Shown here: positions 57,999 through 64,000 of the stretch, in pieces
Layout: the number at the start of each line of letters is the position of its first letter
How positions within the stretch are numbered: the stretch's first letter is position 1
DNA from: Candidatus Tayloriibacteriota bacterium
GTDB lineage: Bacteria > Patescibacteriota > Minisyncoccia > Phycocordibacterales > PALSA-1337
DNA length: 64,000 bases
Assembly (NCBI GenBank): GCA_943350765.1
Contig: CALRAJ010000002.1
Coordinates: 72,951-136,950, forward strand
Direction of reading: 5' to 3'
Notes under the pieces: model-generated
Seen by the model: only the letters and a program-made list of their open reading frames with translations
The model's database searches: none
What the model was told of the DNA's origin: nothing
Position numbers and translations under genes: made by a program

Positions 57999-58640
57999 TT
58001 AGATTGCCTTGAAGGCAATCTCGAACTGCACTGGCTCGCTCGCAGTAAAGCGTATCGCCCTTGGTAAGGCTTTTTCGCCTTCTCGCCTCGGGTGCCAGAC
58101 CTCACTACTGTCCTGCCACTCGATCTTCACACTGTTTGGCACATCCGCCACGATCCTGCGAAGGAGAGGGACCGTCTTGACGATGACCTGCCCAGCCTTC
58201 ATCGTGATGGTTTCTGACAGGTACTGACCATGTGCCATCCCGTTGCTGGGTACCGTTGTGTAGGTGACTGGTCCGGTGTTTACAGTGCCACCAACGCTCA
58301 CTACGGCGCTGTCGTTTGCGAGGATGGATGTCACTGAACCATCGGTTGCAACCGGGCTGTTGGTCGAGACACCTTCAGCCTTTGTGATAGGTGCAGGAGC
58401 TTTGGGCTCCTCGTTGGTCGAGGCTTGGGGCGGAGGTGTGGTGGATATAGACGGGGTTGCATTCTGAGCCATAACCCCAATTTTGCTACCCCACTTCAGC
58501 CAGCATCCACCACTCACAAGTGCCACCATCATCATGCTGATCAGGATGACTCGCCACCAGTTGGCGGGTACTGCGGGCTGGGCTGCCTGGGCGGGTACAG
58601 CCTCTTTTGCTCCGCTTAGCAATTTCCAAATGAATTTCAT
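57999..58640 (-). CDS. Membrane-anchored hypothetical protein in a GC-rich island
   Basis: N-terminal TM; Pro/Ala/Thr-rich linker; GC content is far above the window average. Confidence 0.4.
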   Translation of the reverse strand: MKFIWKLLSGAKEAVPAQAAQPAVPANWWRVILISMMMVALVSGGCWLKWGSKIGVMAQNATPSISTTPPPQASTNEEPKAPAPITKAEGVSTNSPVATDGSVTSILANDSAVVSVGGTVNTGPVTYTTVPSNGMAHGQYLSETITMKAGQVIVKTVPLLRRIVADVPNSVKIEWQDSSEVWHPRREGEKALPRAIRFTASEPVQFEIAFKAI

Positions 58641-58921
58641 AGATTTCCTCTTGTTTGATTTCTTCCAACACCACCCACAATGGGTAGTCCCTCACACTGT
58701 TTGCGTATTGTTCACAGATAGAGGAGAGGGGAGGCTTTGTGAAGTATCACCTCTTCTCTATCTGTGTTGTTTTGTGCCAAAGAGCTAAAATCTATCCTCT
58801 CATACCATTATAGCATACTATATACCTACTTGTCAAGCGTTTATATATAATATGGCTTAGTTGAGCCAGAAAGATTGTTTTCACGATAAGTGGAGATGTT
58901 CGATTTTTGCTTATGATCTAA

Positions 58922-58950
58922 ATAAAATAAAAAGCCATCATTTGAGATGG
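58922..58950 (-). terminator. Terminator downstream of the receiver-domain gene
   Basis: gccatcatttgagatggc hairpin with a T-tract on the minus strand. Confidence 0.55.
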
Positions 58951-58979
58951 CGACAACTAGTAAGGTGTGGTATTTCGGT

Positions 58980-59360
58980 TTAGGCAACCTCAGCTTCGAC
59001 ACCCTGTATCTTGTCTGGTATAGCCTGTGCCACGATGTGAAATAGGCTGTCCCATGTAGACACCGTTCGTAAAAATAAGGGATGCAAAGAAGAATCATCC
59101 GAGTCAATACTTGTCAGAATTACTGGTGTTTCTGGAGCATTTACGGCTAGCCAGTCAATCAGATCAGTGTTAGAGGGGTGGTCGCAGATCGCAAGGTCAA
59201 AATCAACACCACAGAGGATTTTATCCTTAGCACTACTACCGTGCTCGAAAGTAGTAACTGTGGCACCAAAACTCTCAAGCGCCTCCCTGAGTGCATACCC
59301 AAGGTTACCATTAGCATTTACCACGACCACCCGTGTTCCGCCATTTAATTTTTTTGCCAT
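58980..59360 (-). CDS. Orphan CheY-like receiver domain protein (GC-rich)
   Basis: RVVVVNANGNLG...DFDLAICDH receiver-like pattern; no output domain. Confidence 0.45.
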   Translation of the reverse strand: MAKKLNGGTRVVVVNANGNLGYALREALESFGATVTTFEHGSSAKDKILCGVDFDLAICDHPSNTDLIDWLAVNAPETPVILTSIDSDDSSLHPLFLRTVSTWDSLFHIVAQAIPDKIQGVEAEVA

Positions 59361-59439
59361 ACCTCACCCTTTGTTTTTTTGTTTTCTACCCTGTACCGAC
59401 TAATAGTAAATCATATAGGTGGAGGTCATGCAAGGATTA

Positions 59440-59700
59440 GTCGTGGGTGGGAGAGGGAGAGGAAGAGGAATCTTTCCCCTTACAGGGGCAGTATCCCGAT
59501 TGGGTTTTTTATTTGCGAGTACGCTTTACAAAACCTCAATCGGGCTTCAAGTCCTCTCCGCAAGTCGAACACAGAGCGGGAGAGGAGTCTTTTTCCTTAC
59601 AGGAACGGTTACCGTCGCTGGACTTTTTTTTGCTTGATTACAAGCTCAAAAAAGTGCTCAGCGAGGCTTCAAGTCCTCTCCGCAAAGCGTTCCACGCTTT
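59440..59700. repeat. Two tandem ~125-bp repeat units, each ending in a tRNA-Leu T-arm-like segment (GGCTTCAAGTCCTCTCCGCAA)
   Basis: Units gggagaggaagagg...ggcttcaagtcctctccgcaag and gcgggagaggagtc...ggcttcaagtcctctccgcaaa; 15-nt match to the tRNA-Leu(UAG) T-arm/acceptor in inverted orientation. Confidence 0.6.
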
Positions 59701-59737
59701 GCTCCCGGCACAAAAAAATCCCTTTCGGGATTTTTGA

Positions 59738-59822
59738 TGGTGCCGGGGAGAGGACTTGAACCTCCATGAGTTACCTCGCTTGCTCCTAAGGCAAGTGCGT
59801 CTGCCAATTTCGCCACCCCGGC
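59738..59822 (-). tRNA. tRNA-Leu (anticodon UAG), type II, CCA encoded
   Basis: Reverse complement: GCCGGGG..., anticodon arm CTTGC-CTTAGGA-GCAAG, long variable arm, T-arm GGAGG-TTCAAGT-CCTCT, CCCCGGC-A-CCA. Confidence 0.85.
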
Positions 59823-60010
59823 GTGTATTATCGAATTATTTCTATTGATTGTGGTCACGAATATTTTGCTCGCCGTCGCTCACAAAATTTCTCGACCCCG
59901 ACTCGTCAATATTTCTTGCTAGAAATATTGCTCCGTCTCGCACAAGTCTCAAAAAATCTACAGCCGTGTAAATTTTTATTTTTGTGGACCACAACTTTTT
60001 CACTTCGTGA
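59823..60010. repeat. Element B (homolog of element A at 15978-16140) between tRNA-Leu and tRNA-Lys
   Basis: tttgctcgccgtcgctcacaaaa...cgactcg...ctccgtct...tttttatttttgtggacc. Confidence 0.55.
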
Positions 60011-60118
60011 ACTCAGTGAAAAGTCGCAGCCCCCGCCTCCTTTCGCTCTGCTCCAGTCCGGCCCGCACATTGCAAAGAAAATTGTCGAGGATTGGGACAA
60101 TTTTTAATATTTGCAATG

Positions 60119-60191
60119 TGCGCCCAGTTGGAGTCGAACCAACGACCAATCGCTTAAGAGGCGAGTGCTCTACCAGCTGAGCTATGGGCGC
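60119..60191 (-). tRNA. tRNA-Lys (anticodon CUU)
   Basis: Reverse complement: GCGCCCA-TA-GCTC-AGCTGGTA-GAGC, anticodon arm CTCGC-CTCTTAA-GCGAT, T-arm GTTGG-TTCGACT-CCAAC, TGGGCGC-A. Confidence 0.85.
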
Positions 60192-60253
60192 AGGTATGAC
60201 TAGCGCCTAGAGAATATAACAAATTTTTATAGGATTGGCAATAAGGGATATTT

Positions 60254-60340
60254 TGGTGCTCGAGGTGGGAATCGAACCCACACGACCTTGCGGTCAACAG
60301 ATTTTAAGTCTGGCGCGTATACCAATTCCGCCACTCGAGC
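60254..60340 (-). tRNA. tRNA-Leu (anticodon UAA), type II, CCA encoded
   Basis: Reverse complement: GCTCGAG..., anticodon loop CTTAAAA, variable arm GTTGACCGCAAGGTCGTGT, T-arm GTGGG-TTCGATT-CCCAC, CTCGAGC-A-CCA. Confidence 0.8.
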
Positions 60341-60402
60341 GTGTAAGGCAGTTGTGTGTCAAATGACTAAAATATTTTGCGATTTAGCAAAATCTTTAGG
60401 GA

Positions 60403-60476
60403 GGCGTAGGCCGGGATCGAACCGGCGCATAACAGTTTTGCAGACTGTCGCGTTGACCAGCTTCGCCACTACGCCG
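60403..60476 (-). tRNA. tRNA-Cys (anticodon GCA)
   Basis: Reverse complement: GGCGTAG..., anticodon arm ACAGT-CTGCAAA-ACTGT, T-arm GCCGG-TTCGATC-CCGGC, CTACGCC-U. Confidence 0.8.
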
Positions 60477-60496
60477 TGGTTAGCGAGAGTATAGCA

Positions 60497-60823
60497 TTAT
60501 TGAGTATTATTTGAAATACGATCTATCTTTTGGCGGTTTTTCTCGCCACCATCTATAATAAAGTCAAAAAATGGTATTCGCATCAATCGAGAGTTATCCT
60601 TTACATATTGTCTAAACTCACTTCTTTTTCTTCTTACAAAATCAAGTACTCCCACCTCCTTGTTTTCAGGAAAAACCGAGAATAAAATCCTTGCACTTTT
60701 ACCATCGTCAGAAAGCAATACATCAGTAACAGTGATGAGAGAGATATGGTTGGACTCCATTTGTAGAAACTTTGCAGCAAGGCCCTTTATGATTTCTTTT
60801 ATTTTTTCATTGCGTACTTCCAT
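60497..60823 (-). CDS. rbfA: Ribosome-binding factor A
   Basis: KH-like 108 aa; typical infB-rbfA arrangement. Confidence 0.75.
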   Translation of the reverse strand: MEVRNEKIKEIIKGLAAKFLQMESNHISLITVTDVLLSDDGKSARILFSVFPENKEVGVLDFVRRKRSEFRQYVKDNSRLMRIPFFDFIIDGGEKNRQKIDRISNNTQ

Positions 60824-60827
60824 GGGT

Positions 60828-62354
60828 TTATTTGGTTACTGTTCGATATGACTCTATTTTGTCGCCGATAGCTATCTCGGTTTTGGATTCTATCATGGTG
60901 CCAAATTCGTAGCCCATATTAACCTCCTCTGCACGGACTTTTTGCTGTTGGAGCTCCTTTATTTTGCCTCGCCCAATCTCCACATCTCGTCGCAATATTC
61001 GCACATCGCCTCCGAGAGTAACACTTCCTTCTTGGACTTTACCACCGAGTATTTGACGATCTTTATTTTTACTAAAGACACGAAGGATTTTAGCCTTACC
61101 TGTGCTTTCTTCTACCTGAATCTTTGGGGTACGCAGGGAGATGACTTCCTCAAGGTATTCTATGAGTTTGTAGATGATATTGTATAGCTCAACTTTTATT
61201 TCCATTCTTTCTATAGCACTTTGGGCCTTTGGATCAACTTTCACATTGAAGCCGAGTATGAGTGTTCCTGGGATACCGCTTGCTGCCTTGATGTCACTTT
61301 CAGAAATATCACCAACACCTTCATGGATAACTCTCACGACTACCACACTGTCTTTACCTCGTGCATCTGAAATCTTTTTAAATTCGTGATGAATTGCTTC
61401 TAGGCTACCACCAGCATCAGCTTTTATCACTATCGGTATAATGATTTTAGTATCATCAAACTGGGCATAAGTTTTTGACGGATTTATATTTTGTGTATTT
61501 TTATCTGCGTATGCATCCGCCTCCTTTTTAGTTGAAAAGGCATGAAAGAGCGCTCCTGCAACTGGCATCGTACAGAGACCGATTATTTTTATAGGCATTG
61601 ATGCGGTAGCTTGGGTTACATTTTTACCCTGAGCATTTTCGAGCATACGAATAGGGGATACTACTCCGTCTATCACAGCAAACATTTGAGTTTTGAGTTC
61701 ACCGTCTTTTACTATCAAGGTCGCTGAAACACCCTTCCTTTTGTCTAAGGTTGCTTCTAGTATTACGCCGTGGGTCTGACCCTGTGTATTTGCAGTAAGT
61801 CCTTCGAGGTCTGACATGAGTACAATCATGTCTAGTAGAGCAGGTATACCCTCGCCAGTGATAGCTGACACTGGGACAGCTGGTACAGTACCACCGTACC
61901 CCTCGATATATATTTCATTTTCAGCTAGAGCTTGTTTTGTCTTTTCAACATTTGCTCCCGGCTTATCTATTTTTGTCATTGCTACTATGTATGGAGTCTT
62001 GGTTTCCTGAATACATTTGAGTGCCTCTAGGGTTTGTTTTTTAACTCCATCCTCAGCTGATATTACAAGTATCGCGATGTCTGCTACATTTACACCTCGA
62101 GTACGAATACCACAAAACGCTTCGTGTCCAGGTGTGTCTAGGAAGGTAATAGTTTGAGGTTTTCCTGACTCATCTGCATGTGCGACTTCATAGGCACCGA
62201 GGTGTTGGGTAATCCCACCAGCCTCTTTGTCTGTAATATTTATTTTTTTGATATAGCCTAGGAGGGTGGATTTGCCATGATCAATATGACCCATGATAAC
62301 TACCACAGGTGGTCGAGGAGAGAGCGTCGGCTTTTGTGGGGTAGTTTTTTTCAT
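60828..62354 (-). CDS. infB: Translation initiation factor IF-2 (short form lacking the N-terminal domains)
   Basis: G1 [22 protein letters not shown]; C-terminal beta-barrels. Confidence 0.92.
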   Translation of the reverse strand: MKKTTPQKPTLSPRPPVVVIMGHIDHGKSTLLGYIKKINITDKEAGGITQHLGAYEVAHADESGKPQTITFLDTPGHEAFCGIRTRGVNVADIAILVISAEDGVKKQTLEALKCIQETKTPYIVAMTKIDKPGANVEKTKQALAENEIYIEGYGGTVPAVPVSAITGEGIPALLDMIVLMSDLEGLTANTQGQTHGVILEATLDKRKGVSATLIVKDGELKTQMFAVIDGVVSPIRMLENAQGKNVTQATASMPIKIIGLCTMPVAGALFHAFSTKKEADAYADKNTQNINPSKTYAQFDDTKIIIPIVIKADAGGSLEAIHHEFKKISDARGKDSVVVVRVIHEGVGDISESDIKAASGIPGTLILGFNVKVDPKAQSAIERMEIKVELYNIIYKLIEYLEEVISLRTPKIQVEESTGKAKILRVFSKNKDRQILGGKVQEGSVTLGGDVRILRRDVEIGRGKIKELQQQKVRAEEVNMGYEFGTMIESKTEIAIGDKIESYRTVTK

Positions 62355-62404
62355 TTAGGTAGATAAGTAATCGATACATCAGATTTCTATATTTTATTAT
62401 ATTC

Positions 62405-62914
62405 CTACTGACGAATAGTTTTTTTGGCCTCACTGATTGCTTCTTTTTCCTCTTTTGTAAGCTCGTATTCTGAGGCGTGCTTTTTTAAGGGCTTGGCAAA
62501 GATGCTACTGTGTTCACGGGTATAGATAGTAGATATGACTGCACCATCACCTTTTTCGTCTATAAGTGCTGTAGCAAAGCTCTGGTTGCCACCCGAGCCA
62601 GTGCCTTTGAATGGGTTGAAGCGTATTGTGTGTACGCTCTGGATACTTCTTCCTAATCGTTTTTCTACCCTGATTAAATACTCTTCCATACCTTTGCGAA
62701 AATCAGCGATTTCCTTTAATTCCCCTCGAAAGTGTTTGAGGGAGTCCTCGAGATTTTTTGCCCCTCCTCCTGCGAGTAGACGGTGAATGCGTATTTCCAA
62801 GCAAATGACCCAAATCAGAAGAAGTAGTACTATTACCCCAAGACCTATTTCTATAACTTGTGTAGTCTCAAAAATCATACTATATAAGTGTACCATGTTT
62901 TTACAATTTTGCAA
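62405..62914 (-). CDS. DUF4446-like membrane protein
   Basis: N-terminal TM; RFNPFKGTGSGGNQSFA motif resembles DUF4446. Confidence 0.4.
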   Translation of the reverse strand: MQNCKNMVHLYSMIFETTQVIEIGLGVIVLLLLIWVICLEIRIHRLLAGGGAKNLEDSLKHFRGELKEIADFRKGMEEYLIRVEKRLGRSIQSVHTIRFNPFKGTGSGGNQSFATALIDEKGDGAVISTIYTREHSSIFAKPLKKHASEYELTKEEKEAISEAKKTIRQ

Positions 62915-62965
62915 AAAGTGGAATACTGACTATAATGATGGAACTTATATATTTTAGCATTTATT

Positions 62966-63062
62966 TCTCCTTTTCTAAAGGAGGCAGCGAGTACTCTAGA
63001 CGGAGGATTTTAGAATCCAAATCCCTCGGCTAGCGCCTGCTCCCTTTAGGAAAGGGAGAATC
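62966..63062 (+). repeat. Multi-hairpin structured element R, copy 2 (upstream of the cysteine desulfurase gene)
   Basis: First hairpin CTCCTTT-tcta-AAAGGAG shows a compensatory C/G to T/A pair relative to copy 1; last hairpin CTCCCTTT-agg-AAAGGGAG is conserved. Confidence 0.6.
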
Positions 63063-63081
63063 GATACGATTTCTGTAAGTG

Positions 63082-64000
63082 ATGTATATGAAACAAGTCT
63101 ATCTAGATCACGCTTCGATAACACCTACTGACAAGCGGGTTTTTAGGATTATGAAAAAATATTACAGTGCGGAGTATGGCAATCCGTCATCTATTCATGG
63201 TGTGGGAGTTTCTTCAAAAAAGGTGGTAGATGAAGCCCGCAAAAAGTGTGCTCACTTTTTGCGGGCCCATGCAGATGAAATAATTTTCACCTCTTCTGGT
63301 ACCGAGTCCAATGTTTTAGCTATCGAAGGTGTTGTCCGTAAGCTATTAGAAAATGGCAGGGCATATACTGACATGCATGTCATTACTTCTCGGATAGAGC
63401 ATCAGTCGGTACTCGAGCCTGTTGCTCGTCTGGTACACCTCGGTGTAAAGGTGGATTATGTTAATGTGGATGAAAATGGGATTTTTGACCTTGTTGATTT
63501 GAAACATAAACTTCGACCAGAGACTGTACTAGTGTCGCTTATGACGGTAAATAATGAAATCGGTACAATACAGCCGATACGAGAGATTGCAAAGGTAATC
63601 AGACAGGCATGGACTCACGACTCACGACTCACGACTTTCGACTCGAAAATTGGGAATCGTAAACCGATTTTCCACACCGACGCTAGTCAGGCACCACTTT
63701 ACATTGAGCTAGATACGACAGTACTTGGAGTAGACATGATCACCCTCGATGGACATAAGGTTTACGGACCAAAGGGTATTGGCATGCTTTATCTAAAAAG
63801 AGGGACAGAGCTCAGTACAATAATCTCTGGTGGTGGGCAGGAAAGTGGTCTGCGCTCGGGTACCGAAAATGTCCCAGCGATTGCTGGTCTTGCTACGGCA
63901 TTTGAAATCGCTGAAAAAGAACGCGGTGGGGAGATCGATCGACTAGGTATGCTTCGCGACTACGCTATTTCAAAAATTCTTGCCCAGATTACGGGAGTAG
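63082..64000 (+). CDS. Cysteine desulfurase (NifS/IscS/SufS family), 3' end beyond the window
   Basis: Class V aminotransferase N-terminus MKQVYLDHASITP...; PLP-Lys region ...TLDGHKVYGPKG. Confidence 0.85.
   Translation, partial: MYMKQVYLDHASITPTDKRVFRIMKKYYSAEYGNPSSIHGVGVSSKKVVDEARKKCAHFLRAHADEIIFTSSGTESNVLAIEGVVRKLLENGRAYTDMHVITSRIEHQSVLEPVARLVHLGVKVDYVNVDENGIFDLVDLKHKLRPETVLVSLMTVNNEIGTIQPIREIAKVIRQAWTHDSRLTTFDSKIGNRKPIFHTDASQAPLYIELDTTVLGVDMITLDGHKVYGPKGIGMLYLKRGTELSTIISGGGQESGLRSGTENVPAIAGLATAFEIAEKERGGEIDRLGMLRDYAISKILAQITGV
63613..63645. repeat. Heptamer tandem repeat (ACTCACG x3, then related units) inside the cysteine desulfurase gene
   Basis: gactcacgactcacgactcacgactttcgactcg; in-frame (21 nt); encodes THDSRLTTFDS. 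Confidence 0.6.

Noticed and set aside
59535-59700. Additional plus-strand tRNA genes (fragments GGCTTCAAGTCCTCTCCGCAA)
   Set aside because: Only the T-loop and 3' acceptor side are tRNA-like. No complementary 5' acceptor, D-arm or anticodon arm could be folded, so these are tRNA-derived repeat fragments, not genes.
59379-60107. ORFs 59379-59759, 59419-59637, 59447-59737, 59823-60107 from the six-frame track
   Set aside because: They overlap tandem repeats, tRNA-Leu and element B, have low-complexity Gly/Arg-rich translations, and are most likely spurious.
1-64000. CRISPR array
   Set aside because: No regularly spaced direct repeats with unique spacers were found. The recurring hairpins (H family) are dispersed single or paired copies with variable loops, not an array, and no cas genes are present.

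Overview
This 64-kb window looks like a low-GC, small-genome bacterium; the gene content suggests Candidate Phyla Radiation / Patescibacteria (inference, from truncated ValRS and IF-2, insertion-bearing TsaD, divergent HisRS, giant secreted proteins and leaderless-style promoters). The housekeeping backbone is lepA, dinB, murC, rsmI, valS, tsaD, trxB, ftsZ, ftsA, ybeY, rpsU, hisS, lepB, pth, rpsA, gyrA, rbfA, infB and a 5'-partial cysteine desulfurase. There are ten tRNA genes: Gly-CCC, Arg-CCU and Phe-GAA singly, then a Glu/Ser/Val cluster that surrounds a free-standing LAGLIDADG homing endonuclease, and a minus-strand Leu/Lys/Leu/Cys cluster. Accessory content is dense. (1) A candidate toxin/defence islet sits between dinB and a glutaredoxin: a zeta-toxin-like P-loop kinase, a small overlapping ORF, a T5orf172(GIY-YIG)+DUF4357 nuclease and an AT-rich HEPN-motif protein. 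(2) An IS630-family IS is present with split orfA/orfB and about 28-bp TIRs. (3) A MITE-like family of about 140 bp with 18-20 bp terminal inverted repeats occurs in 6 copies of two subtypes. (4) A dispersed GGCTCAAC-N5-7-GTTGAGCC hairpin family occurs in at least 12 intergenic copies. (5) Two further two-copy structured elements were found. (6) A cell-surface locus carries two giant secreted proteins that share a C-terminal Cys-rich module ending in GSFIEF; one combines LamG, YD repeats and two transglutaminase-like cores. (7) A tandem array of five VirB2/TrbC-like small membrane proteins lies next to a GC-rich island and a tRNA cluster with tRNA-derived repeats. No CRISPR array or rRNA was seen. 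Coordinates of RNA genes and repeats were read by eye and may be off by a few nt.
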